Virus record (IMG/VR): IMGVR_UViG_3300037200_000039 | DNA length: 20,000 nt | Strand: one strand, 5' to 3' | Source: an uncultured virus (IMG/VR IMGVR_UViG_3300037200_000039) | Taxonomy: Duplodnaviria > Heunggongvirae > Uroviricota > Caudoviricetes | In this document: one piece after another, positions 10,101-17,308 of the stretch | How positions within the stretch are numbered: position 1 is the stretch's first letter | How the letters are laid out: the number at the start of each line of letters is the position of its first letter | Position numbers and translations under genes: made by a program | Notes under the pieces: model-generated | Databases searched by the model: none | Told to the model about the DNA's origin: nothing | The model's input: the letters and a program-made list of their open reading frames with translations, nothing else

Positions 10101-11162
10101 GGTGACCAGAATGGAGTAACGGTCAACAAACGCACCGGACAGCCGTTCATAGGAGAAGAAGCGCAACGATTGCCTCCTGGCAGATATGCCGAAATGATGG
10201 CGCAGGCGCAGGAAAAGATTCCAATGCCAACTGGCAATGCCGCTGATCCGGGCGAAACTGCCCTGACGCCTAGGTATAAGGTTGCGGGATTTAATGATGC
10301 GCAATCCTACGTCGCCAGCCTGCCACCTCCGGGCACCCCCGGCATTCCCGGAGGCGCACCCTCTGCGGGCCAAGGCGCTCCCACTGCCATACCGCAACAG
10401 CCGCGATCCGTTGGAGCGCCGGCCGCTGTCGCTCAGCGTCCTGCGGGGGTCCGGCGCCAGAGCACTGCGGCGCCAGCATCGGCGGCACCGGTTGATCCAA
10501 TAGCAGCGAAGGCGTTCGGCGATTCTTCCTATGATCTACCGAAGATTCCCAATCGGCCTGGCGTCACCATTGGCGAGGGTACTCGAAACAAAGTGCTCGC
10601 CTCCAATGAGAAGCGCAAAGAACTTCAAGCCGATGCCGAACAGACGGCGCAGGCATCCGGTGCAGCGCTCCAGTATGCCACTGCGGCCAAGCAGATCATG
10701 GCTTCGAAAGGTGCGCCAACAACTGGATTCTTGGGGCCTGTCGCCAAAGCGATCTCTAGTGTGTATTCCGGGGTAGATGCCACGAATTATCAGGAAGTCG
10801 CGAAGTACTTGGGCAATCTTGCGGTGCAGGCGGGTAAAGGAAATTTCCCGCACGCTACCGAAAAAGAAAACATGGTTCAATTTGAGCAACTGAGCCCGAG
10901 CACGGCAAATACGCCAGATGCGCTCAACAATCTGCTTGATTCAAATATCAAGACCGCGAAATATACGCTAGATACGGCGGATCGAGCTGGCAAGTATCTG
11001 GATCAAAACAAAGACCCGCAGAAATTCTTTCGCTGGAATCAGCAGTATTATCCGCGCGAGGATATATCGAAGGCCGCTGCTCCAGCCGCTGCGATCCAGC
11101 ATCTAAAGTCGCATCCTGAACTCGCAGACGCTTTCAAGACGAAATACGGCTACTTGCCATGA
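7188..11162 (+). CDS. Large ejection/DNA-transfer (pilot-like) protein with an internal peptidase S74 domain, 1324 aa
   Basis: Likely start is GTG at 7188 (MGGKSSQSSQSV) after AGGGGA, not TTG at 7149; Gln/Ala/Gly-rich N-terminus with 'QYMSPY' and 'GAFGGDR'; S74 motif; ends in 'AFKTKYGYLP'. Confidence 0.85.
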   Translation: MGGKSSQSSQSVQVPASVLAQYQSVNAQADQTATQPFQDYSGQFVAPVNAQQQQGIVGTNAAATEAQPYYGAATGQLGQAQANTQPANSAALGLAGASAQQVNASPLTGQQINQYMSPYLQDVMGSTQALQNQSNQEQQAGQLGTAIQSGAFGGDRTGIAAANLEQQQNLTNANVLSGIANTGYNNALSTAQQQQGVNLSAGQANRAALGSAATNIAGIGQTQYGEGANTASSLASLGSGAQTAGLQGASAQLGAGTVEQQTQQAQDTAQYNQFLQQQSYPFQVDQFLANIAEGTGALSGSTTTTSQPGGFFSDERLKSDKKPIGKTFDGQTIYSYKMHGDPRTQIGLMAQDVEDKHPEAVGLAGSGYKTVDYEKATKKAANDGHFYAGGVVPMRRAAGGPVDPGDYSSILAAQQQMYSGLSGARTMGGSPRGGAAGVPAASVPVGHLDAPSGGLQRQPSGAQNLSGAMTLANQGNQIYKNFSGPSQQPQQPTPTKTGSGTGTWDTSSQAGVGNFDGSSLRRGGIAGYDSGGSTPYESAGFDIPDENSHNALTKPAALPPKSPSGFQQLMSMGSGMGGMSSMMGGLGGASGASGGADAASDAGDSMDAVDAAEIAARGGRIHRDAGGDAVTADSTDLQSTAGSDAPATGIAQSPGLAQGAPNTSLNSVKHLALAAGEAYLGDYAGAAGQAYEAYGAAKNKRGGRIHKDVAGGVGDDDTLPEIQADVPTKQFQGVSDSGPAYTGGVNPAPMPAVDAGATPSANISTDDSGLKGPSWWDRNKGNIIPLAQGLAAMGTAPTKHLGVALAAGLGAGAQSYVPTQQGLANTQQTQTQTQGMDIANQIAQQKLNYLKSPPPSGGTPSPISQPQQSDPTPLPDQLRKMYAVAPVTQSEAQQLQYAHKQAVALGSDQPVQAVHDAISNRTTAQTFKVQQDARQNYDAAVFTANHSKDPAIRASAAATADAYRQWTGDEPGDQNGVTVNKRTGQPFIGEEAQRLPPGRYAEMMAQAQEKIPMPTGNAADPGETALTPRYKVAGFNDAQSYVASLPPPGTPGIPGGAPSAGQGAPTAIPQQPRSVGAPAAVAQRPAGVRRQSTAAPASAAPVDPIAAKAFGDSSYDLPKIPNRPGVTIGEGTRNKVLASNEKRKELQADAEQTAQASGAALQYATAAKQIMASKGAPTTGFLGPVAKAISSVYSGVDATNYQEVAKYLGNLAVQAGKGNFPHATEKENMVQFEQLSPSTANTPDALNNLLDSNIKTAKYTLDTADRAGKYLDQNKDPQKFFRWNQQYYPREDISKAAAPAAAIQHLKSHPELADAFKTKYGYLP
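8118..8315 (+). other. Peptidase S74-like intramolecular chaperone/auto-cleavage domain
   Basis: FF-SDERLK (Ser/Lys dyad)...IYSYKM...IGLMAQDVE...PEAV...VDY. Confidence 0.85.
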
Positions 11163-13315
11163 GCAATCCGTTCGACCAATTTGATGCGGCCCCTGCCCCT
11201 GCGGCCCAAGCGAGTGCGTCGAATCCGTTCGATGTATTCGATGAGAAGCCAGCAAAGGTTGAGGAACCTGCGCCAGAAGAAACAATGGGCCGTATCGCCG
11301 GTCTAGGCGCGCGTGCTCTCGCTTCCGGTGCAGCCGAAATACCTGACACAATCATGAAACTGGCGAACCCGTTAGCGAGCGCTGTCCAAGCAGTCACGGG
11401 CAAGCCTTCGACGCCTGACGAGCCATACAAGCCGCAGCTTGCGGATTTTGTGCACCCTGAAAAGTGGCATCAAGCAGCGCAATATTTCGCCGACAAAGCC
11501 GGCGCTCCGACGCCGCAGACGAGTGCTGAGCGGATCGGCAGCAAAGCCGTAGAGGCATTATCCAGCGCGGCGCTGGCCCCGGAGACGCCCATTGCAGCCG
11601 GAATATCATCAATGATGGGAGGTGCTAGCCAGCAGAGTGCAGCAGAAGCAGGCGCTGGCAGAATTGGGCAGACGGCGGCAGGATTGGCAGGCGGGAGCTT
11701 GCCTGCGCTAGGCGCCGGACTCGCAGCCGGCGCCCGCGGAATTGTCCGCGGTGGCGTAGAGGGCCAAGCTGCGATGCAACAGCGCATCGCAGATGCTGCC
11801 CAGGCTGATACGACATTATCCGCTGGCCAAGCTGGTGGATCGCCAGCGGTTCAGTACGCCGAAGGGACAATGTCCAAGCTGTGGGGCGGAGCACCCATCA
11901 AGAAACTAGCCGAACAGCAGACGCAGGATACTGGCGGCAATATCGGGCGCATCATTGGCAATCTAGCGAAAGGAGAAACTGTATCCCCAACAAGTGCTGG
12001 CACCGCCATAGAAAAAGGTATTGGCGATGCGCGTACGCCTGGTACGACGCTAGGAGATATGCATGCAGCCGAAGGCGTAGCCTATGGCAAGCTTGATAAT
12101 CTAATTGATCCAGCCACACCATTCAGTGCGTCCAAAACCGTCTCGGCCATCAATTCTGTGGGTATGCAAAACGGCATTGTTCCAGTTCCTTCGCAGATTA
12201 CCGGCATTCGCAAGAACTTGCTGGCCAAGGTAGCACAGAACTCCAAGCCAACCGGGTTTGAGGGGGTCGGCAACCCACCAGCGCCAGCACCGCAACTATC
12301 GTATGGCGATTTGCGGGCCGTCAAAACGGAACTCGGTAATTCAATCGACTGGGGCTTTGCGCCCGCTGACAAAGTCGCCAATGGCAAGCTGATTAAACTG
12401 TGGGGTGCGGTCAAAGACGATATCGATAGTGGCGCGATGAATCACAGCCCAGAGGCCGCACAGGCACAGACAGAAGCGAATGCACTCTATCAGAAAAACC
12501 AAGCAACGCGCGATGACCTGAAACCGTTCATCGATAAGGCCGGCGGCCCCGAGGCGCTGTATCAGGCGGCTACCAATGGCACCAAGCTAGGCGCCACGAA
12601 AGTATCAACTGTCATGAATGCGATCAATCCTGACCAGCAGAACATCGTGCGCGCGACCATACTTGATAGGCTTGGCAAAGCCGCTGGCGCGCAGGACGCG
12701 CAATACAGCCCGAGCACCTTTCTGACGCAATGGAACCGACTAGCACCAGAAGCAAAAGATGCATTGTTTGGCAGTAGCAACGCTAGCGGGTTGCGTGATA
12801 ATCTAGATTCCCTCAGTAGAACGGTTGGTAATATCAACAAAGGCACGAGGCTGCGCAATCCCTCTGGGACCGGCGAAGCGGTCGGGCACGTGGCTGGCTA
12901 CGAGGCTGCCTTCGAGGGAGTAAAAAATGCACTGTCAGGACATCTGGGTACACTTGCTTATACTGCTAGTGGTCTGGCTGCGAATCACGCACTCTCGAGA
13001 GCGCTGACGAATCCCGCAACAGTTAATTGGCTAGCGCAGACGACGAAGGCGCCGATATCTGCCCTTCCTAATGCTATTCATCAGCTATCACAGATGAATG
13101 ATCCTGATGCGCATGCATTGTCCAAAGCAATACAACAGCCAGTGTCGCGTGCCACAGGCGGGCGTACTGGACAATCCAAAGAGCAACTTGTTAACCGCTT
13201 AATCAACCGTTGGAAAGCAGCGAAGAAAGCCACCGACGCAACGACGAAACCATTATTATCTCAGCCCGACGCCGCGATAGTGAGGGCTCTGAATATCGCG
13301 CAGGAGCATATCTAG
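11159..13315 (+). CDS. Second ejection/DNA-transfer protein, 718 aa
   Basis: ATGA overlap; duplicated SNPFDxFD N-terminal motif; Gly/Ala-rich amphipathic segment; helical body; RATGG before a basic C-terminal tail. Confidence 0.8.
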   Translation: MSNPFDQFDAAPAPAAQASASNPFDVFDEKPAKVEEPAPEETMGRIAGLGARALASGAAEIPDTIMKLANPLASAVQAVTGKPSTPDEPYKPQLADFVHPEKWHQAAQYFADKAGAPTPQTSAERIGSKAVEALSSAALAPETPIAAGISSMMGGASQQSAAEAGAGRIGQTAAGLAGGSLPALGAGLAAGARGIVRGGVEGQAAMQQRIADAAQADTTLSAGQAGGSPAVQYAEGTMSKLWGGAPIKKLAEQQTQDTGGNIGRIIGNLAKGETVSPTSAGTAIEKGIGDARTPGTTLGDMHAAEGVAYGKLDNLIDPATPFSASKTVSAINSVGMQNGIVPVPSQITGIRKNLLAKVAQNSKPTGFEGVGNPPAPAPQLSYGDLRAVKTELGNSIDWGFAPADKVANGKLIKLWGAVKDDIDSGAMNHSPEAAQAQTEANALYQKNQATRDDLKPFIDKAGGPEALYQAATNGTKLGATKVSTVMNAINPDQQNIVRATILDRLGKAAGAQDAQYSPSTFLTQWNRLAPEAKDALFGSSNASGLRDNLDSLSRTVGNINKGTRLRNPSGTGEAVGHVAGYEAAFEGVKNALSGHLGTLAYTASGLAANHALSRALTNPATVNWLAQTTKAPISALPNAIHQLSQMNDPDAHALSKAIQQPVSRATGGRTGQSKEQLVNRLINRWKAAKKATDATTKPLLSQPDAAIVRALNIAQEHI

Positions 13316-13326
13316 ATTATGTGTGA

Positions 13327-13503
13327 TCATAGACGGAGTTTTATCCATACCCATTCAAGGGCAGATCCGATCGCATAAAGTAGCATTGTGACTAAGAAAA
13401 TGACTAAGAAAATGACTAAGAAAAACACAACGCGGCAAATGATGTTTAAGGCAATTACCGCGGCAATTATGCCCACCAAGATAAGAAATAGTGTTCCAAT
13501 CAT
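13327..13503 (-). CDS. 58-aa very hydrophobic membrane protein (candidate superinfection exclusion); not in the ORF track
   Basis: Hand translation MIGTLFLILVGIIAAVIALNIICRVVFFLVIFLVIFLVTMLLYAIGSALEWVWIKLRL*; promoter immediately upstream. Confidence 0.75.
   Translation of the reverse strand: MIGTLFLILVGIIAAVIALNIICRVVFFLVIFLVIFLVTMLLYAIGSALEWVWIKLRL
13389..13424. repeat. Perfect tandem repeat (TGACTAAGAAAA)x3
   Basis: Three exact 12-bp copies; encode FFLV-IFLV-IFLV on the - strand. Confidence 0.97.
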
Positions 13504-13509
13504 TGAGCC

Positions 13510-13538
13510 ACGGTATCTTAAGCCGCTTGCGTTGTCAA
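13510..13538 (-). promoter_or_regulatory. sigma70-type promoter predicted to give a leaderless mRNA
   Basis: On the - strand: TTGACA (13538-13533), 17 bp, TACCGT (13515-13510), 6 nt, ATG (13503); no SD sequence. Confidence 0.7.
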
Positions 13539-13561
13539 CTATCGAGCGGGAGCATATCTAA

Positions 13562-14416
13562 ATGGCCGACGTATTCAGCCCAAATAAGGGATTCGATGAA
13601 CCTGCGACCGGCTCCTACCCAAATACGTGGGGCCCGGTGCTCAACGCCGACTTCGCGACAATCGATACCTGTTTCGGCGGGCTGACTCAGATCAATGTCA
13701 CGGGTGTTGCACCTGGCATATATACGTTGCAACTCTCTCAATATCAGCCGCCCAACATCGTATTCAACGGCGTGCTGACCGGGGATTTAGCGTACACACT
13801 GCCCCTCGGGGTAGGTGGCATCTGGAGCGTCTATAACAATACCAGCGGGGCATTTAGCTTGTTCTTTGCCTCGAATAGCGGCTCTACTCTCGCGCTGACA
13901 CAGGGACAGCGCACACTCCTGGTGTGCGATGGCGCGAATGTGCAATACGCGGATGGTCAAGTTCTGGCTGCTATATTATCGGCATCTGCGTTCCTTGAGG
14001 CGTTTGCGACGAATGCTGCCAATACCGCGCAGGCCAATGCAATAGCGGCGGCAGAATCGTTCGCCGCAAGCGCCGCTGATAATGCGCAGGCGGCGGCAGC
14101 TGTCAATGCATTGGCGGTCGCTGCCAATGCGCAGACCGCCGCCGAAGGATTCGCAACCAGTGCAGCCAATACCGCCCAGAGTGCGGCGCAAATCTACGCC
14201 GCTGGCCTAATCCGATCTGGGTCCTTCAGTTGCACGAATGGCACCGTCACAGTGACTTTCTCGACGCCATTCCCGACTGCCTGCACGTCAGTTATGGTGC
14301 AGTGGGAATTTGAATCCGACGTTGGTTATGTTGCCACTGGTAGCCGTAATGCGAATGGCTTCCAGTATGTTAACGGGAATGCCGGACTATGTACTTACAC
14401 CGCCATTGGCCATTAG
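13562..14416 (+). CDS. Small tail fibre protein (N-terminal anchor, Ala-rich coiled coil, gp53-like C-terminal domain)
   Basis: GGGAG RBS; 'NTWGPVLNADFATIDTCFGG' N-terminus; AANTAQ repeats; 'VTVTFSTPFPTACTSV...YTAIGH' C-terminus typical of fibre tip domains. Confidence 0.8.
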   Translation: MADVFSPNKGFDEPATGSYPNTWGPVLNADFATIDTCFGGLTQINVTGVAPGIYTLQLSQYQPPNIVFNGVLTGDLAYTLPLGVGGIWSVYNNTSGAFSLFFASNSGSTLALTQGQRTLLVCDGANVQYADGQVLAAILSASAFLEAFATNAANTAQANAIAAAESFAASAADNAQAAAAVNALAVAANAQTAAEGFATSAANTAQSAAQIYAAGLIRSGSFSCTNGTVTVTFSTPFPTACTSVMVQWEFESDVGYVATGSRNANGFQYVNGNAGLCTYTAIGH

Positions 14417-14829
14417 TCGCACTCCTCGGCAGAATATCCACACTGCGAGCAGCGCGTGCCGCCTAACTCTAGCTGGCAGGGAGGGCATTCGGGCAGTTCG
14501 ACGTCGCTGGCGAAGATGGGTCCGCCTGCCAACGCAGTTTGCACCTTGTGGTACCACTTGACGTGCCCCGGCTGCGGGCCTTCGATGTCGGTCAGTTCCA
14601 TTAACAGCGCCTCAAGCTCGTGGATGCGGGCCTCGGCCTGATCGGCGCGTTCTACTTGATTTTCGTAGTCGGCCAAATCAGATTGCGTATCGCGAATGAA
14701 TTGTATGCGGCCAGCCAGATTAGCCTCAAGCTCGGTGATGCGGCACCACGGGCAATCGGGGTGCTTCCAATTCTGGTAGTCATCCACGAAGTTGAGTGCT
14801 TCTGCCCTGTGCGATTCACACTGACTCAC
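14413..14829 (-). CDS. Hypothetical early protein, 138 aa; coiled coil with a CPWC motif and a C-terminal C-x2-C...C-x2-C zinc ribbon
   Basis: Start reassigned to GTG at 14829 (GTGA overlap, GGGGAGAGG RBS); stop overlaps the convergent fibre-gene stop. Confidence 0.75.
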   Translation of the reverse strand: MSQCESHRAEALNFVDDYQNWKHPDCPWCRITELEANLAGRIQFIRDTQSDLADYENQVERADQAEARIHELEALLMELTDIEGPQPGHVKWYHKVQTALAGGPIFASDVELPECPPCQLELGGTRCSQCGYSAEECD

Positions 14830-15110
14830 GGCCTCTCCCCCTCGGTCGGTGCGGCGGCGACACCCGTGGCAAGGCGCTGCGCTTCCTTCTCGCAAGCCCA
14901 CGCGACATCTTCCATGTACCCTTGAGTCGATCCACGCTCCGTCGCACTGAGAAAGCGGGCCGCTAGTTCAAAGCCATCGATCTTTGCCTGTTGAAGTTCA
15001 CAGCGTCGGCGCAGATCGCGTATTTCAAAAGCGGCTGACTCAAGCAATCGTTTCGTTTCGCTCATTGGTTGCGCCCCAGTTGGACCGCGGATGTCCATGT
15101 CGACGCTCAT
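14826..15110 (-). CDS. Hypothetical early protein, 94 aa
   Basis: ATGA overlap and AGGA RBS; helical composition. Confidence 0.7.
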   Translation of the reverse strand: MSVDMDIRGPTGAQPMSETKRLLESAAFEIRDLRRRCELQQAKIDGFELAARFLSATERGSTQGYMEDVAWACEKEAQRLATGVAAAPTEGERP

Positions 15111-15583
15111 GATTGATTCCTGTATTTATCGGCATCAGAAGGTGAGCCTTCTAGGGCGGCGTTGATGCGCTTCATTACGGGTGACGCGCGATCATAGATT
15201 TCCCAGACTTGCACCATCCTCTGCGCATCGTCCTCGCCCATGTTGTGCCACTTCTTGATGACCTCTTTCGCGTAGCGCAGCGCCGCCTTAAGCTCCGCGA
15301 TGCGGGCCTCCAATGCGGCATTATCAACCATCATATCCAGCGCTGACTTGCCAGTAACGGCTTCTAGCGCCTCGATGCGCTTCACCAACGCATCGCGCTC
15401 CAAACATACCTGCAGATAGCTCACCTCGTCGCGGTCCGCGTATTCTTCCAGGAAGGCAATGTGCACGAGCAGGGCTTTACGATCCTTGGCCGCCTCATAT
15501 AGATATATCCGCTGGTCGTCACCATTCCATAGCGCATCATTCCGAGCGCGGATCTCCGTAAGCTCGGCGTCGGTGAGCTTCAC
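15107..15583 (-). CDS. Coiled-coil early protein, 158 aa (MKLTDAEL paralogue 1)
   Basis: Start reassigned to GTG at 15583 (AAGGAG RBS, GTGA overlap); shares its N-terminus with 16303-16713. Confidence 0.8.
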   Translation of the reverse strand: MKLTDAELTEIRARNDALWNGDDQRIYLYEAAKDRKALLVHIAFLEEYADRDEVSYLQVCLERDALVKRIEALEAVTGKSALDMMVDNAALEARIAELKAALRYAKEVIKKWHNMGEDDAQRMVQVWEIYDRASPVMKRINAALEGSPSDADKYRNQS

Positions 15584-16152
15584 TGTAAGATCTCCTTGCA
15601 CGGTACGCGCACCGAGCGCGGATCATCGGGCCGGCCGGCAGTGGTGACGGCAATCCGGCAATGACAGCGTGCGCAATACACGTCGTTCTCCAGTTCGCCG
15701 TCCACGATGTCGCTGAAGTGCGCCGCGATGTTCCAAATCTTGTACGCCGGAAAAAGGAACTCGCGGACCTTGGTGCCGTCCCTGAATATCTCGATCAGCG
15801 CGTCACCGTCGTTTGGCTGCTTGAGATAGGACGCCTTGACCGTAAACCCGCGGTCAGGCGCTTTCGACTCGAACGCGGTTTTCTCAATTTCCATGCTCCA
15901 CTTCGCTTCCCGGTCCTGCGTTGCGTCACTCGGAGCGGAGCCTAAAAGGGCAATTGCTTCAGAGCGCGCGGTCCTCATTTTGTCGCTTGTGCCGCCTCGT
16001 TCGGTGTAGCCGCCCGTCTCTAACAGTCCCCGCACCGATGACTCTAGCTTGGCGATGCGATTCTCAAGATCGTTGTAGTGCGGCTGGCGGACAAACGGTG
16101 ATTTGATCGCATCGGCTTCGGGGTCCGTCATCCAATAAACGGGTATGGTCAT
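15580..16152 (-). CDS. Hypothetical early protein, 190 aa, probably chimeric
   Basis: Start reassigned to ATG at 16152 (ATGA overlap); NRIAKLE coiled coil, then a globular module from internal Met 15894, then a CxxC tail. Confidence 0.7.
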   Translation of the reverse strand: MTIPVYWMTDPEADAIKSPFVRQPHYNDLENRIAKLESSVRGLLETGGYTERGGTSDKMRTARSEAIALLGSAPSDATQDREAKWSMEIEKTAFESKAPDRGFTVKASYLKQPNDGDALIEIFRDGTKVREFLFPAYKIWNIAAHFSDIVDGELENDVYCARCHCRIAVTTAGRPDDPRSVRVPCKEILQ

Positions 16153-16310
16153 GGCTTGCGGTACTCGCGCTTGAACGCCTCTGTAACTGCGAAATTGAGG
16201 TCGATCTGTTCGCGGCACATCTGCGCCCACATTTCGTTTCCGATCTGCTCGTATCGCGCGGCCTCTGCCTCAAGTTCGCGCACGGTCATTTCGTATAGGC
16301 GCTTAACCAT
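16149..16310 (-). CDS. Hypothetical protein, 53 aa
   Basis: ATG at 16310 after GGAGCGGAG; MVKRLYEMTVRELEAEAARYEQ... Confidence 0.65.
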   Translation of the reverse strand: MVKRLYEMTVRELEAEAARYEQIGNEMWAQMCREQIDLNFAVTEAFKREYRKP

Positions 16311-16713
16311 GCTCCGCTCCCCGGTCCAACGCTGAGCCTGCCTCGACGCACTGAGACTGCGAGCCATGCCGCCCGGTGCAGTTTTCCGACCATTGGCATA
16401 CCAGCGATAACAGCCGCTCGTTCTCAGCCTCGAGCTCCGCGATGCGGGTCTCGGCAGTCACCACGCGCTGATGCATAACCCAATTTTCGTCCAGCGCTTT
16501 ATGTACGGCTGCAAGTTCGGCGGCTTGCTCGTTCACCATCTCGGTATCTAGCGCCAGCATGCGCCGTGCTTCGACAAGCTCCCGGCACAGCGCCTCGATG
16601 TGCGCAAGCAGGGCGCGGCGGTCTAAGCCGGCAGTGTCTGGTACCAGCCGCAACACATCCCGCTCTCGGATCGCCGTAAGCTCGGCGTCGGTGAGCTTCA
16701 TAGCATTACTCAT
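16303..16713 (-). CDS. Coiled-coil early protein, 136 aa (MKLTDAEL paralogue 2)
   Basis: ATGA overlap at 16710-16713; MKLTDAELTAIRER...DRRALLAHIE...RIAELEAENERL. Confidence 0.8.
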   Translation of the reverse strand: MSNAMKLTDAELTAIRERDVLRLVPDTAGLDRRALLAHIEALCRELVEARRMLALDTEMVNEQAAELAAVHKALDENWVMHQRVVTAETRIAELEAENERLLSLVCQWSENCTGRHGSQSQCVEAGSALDRGAEHG

Positions 16714-16955
16714 GACTTTATCGCCTTGTGGATCAATTCTTCCATGCGTTGCAGCGTCGCCCATTTGCCCTTGGGGAACAGTTCGGGATCATCAGGGCTA
16801 TATTTCAGAAGGAAATAAATCGCTGCGCAGGTCGGCAAGTCGATCCAAGACGTACCGACATCCCAACCGCTCTCGAAAAGCGCATCCGAGATCGCATGTT
16901 GCGTTTCGCTCGATAGCTCGTGGATCGCTACCGCATCGTAGTCTGGCAGCTTCAT
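16710..16955 (-). CDS. Hypothetical protein, 81 aa
   Basis: ATGA overlaps at both ends; globular composition. Confidence 0.7.
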   Translation of the reverse strand: MKLPDYDAVAIHELSSETQHAISDALFESGWDVGTSWIDLPTCAAIYFLLKYSPDDPELFPKGKWATLQRMEELIHKAIKS

Positions 16956-17113
16956 GGCGCACCGCCATGTTTGCGGCGTTGCTCGCCCACCGATTCCCAG
17001 TACTCCGTACCGAAGCGAACACTGGAACTATTTGCGCGCCATTCCCGGTAATAACCGATGATGCAATCGATCAGTAGAACTAGCATCACAATGCCAATGA
17101 TCCACCACTTCAT
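16952..17113 (-). CDS. 53-aa single-TM membrane peptide; not in the ORF track
   Basis: MKWWIIGIVMLVLLIDCIIGYYREWRANSSSVRFGTEYWESVGEQRRKHGGAP*; GGGGGA RBS; stop overlaps the next ATG. Confidence 0.75.
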   Translation of the reverse strand: MKWWIIGIVMLVLLIDCIIGYYREWRANSSSVRFGTEYWESVGEQRRKHGGAP

Positions 17114-17128
17114 AGCGATCCCCCGACC

Positions 17129-17308
17129 TTATAGCGATGGCGGCCACCGGCCAGCAAAGCTTTTGCAACTCTTTATAAAACTCACGACGCACCATAAAAT
17201 GAATGCCCAAGCTACCACCATCATACAAAATACAATAGTTAACGCGAGCGGCCCCCAGAATGCGGTGCTCCAGCCCATCCAGGTGTGGGAGTCGAGGAAG
17301 TCAGTCAT
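17129..17308 (-). CDS. 59-aa Trp-rich membrane peptide; not in the ORF track
   Basis: MTDFLDSHTWMGWSTAFWGPLALTIVFCMMVVAWAFILWCVVSFIKSCKSFAGRWPPSL*; GGGAG RBS; ATGA overlap. Confidence 0.75.
   Translation of the reverse strand: MTDFLDSHTWMGWSTAFWGPLALTIVFCMMVVAWAFILWCVVSFIKSCKSFAGRWPPSL

Larger units (their letters stand above)
13303..13560 (-). mobile_element. AT-rich moron-like insertion bounded by a 12-bp direct repeat GGAGCATATCTA
   Basis: Repeat copies at 13303-13314 and 13549-13560; about 39% GC by hand count over 13321-13500; carries its own promoter and an antisense ORF. Confidence 0.75.

Noticed and set aside
13389..13424. CRISPR array or iteron origin
   Set aside because: The copies are directly adjacent with no spacers, lie inside a plausible ORF, and no cas or rep gene is nearby
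13327..13503. Holin
   Set aside because: Antisense to the late operon, with its own promoter and no adjacent endolysin; not excluded but unsupported
15549..16700. Diversity-generating retroelement TR/VR pair
   Set aside because: The repeat is only 34 bp with a single mismatch, lies at gene 5' ends, and no reverse transcriptase is present in the window
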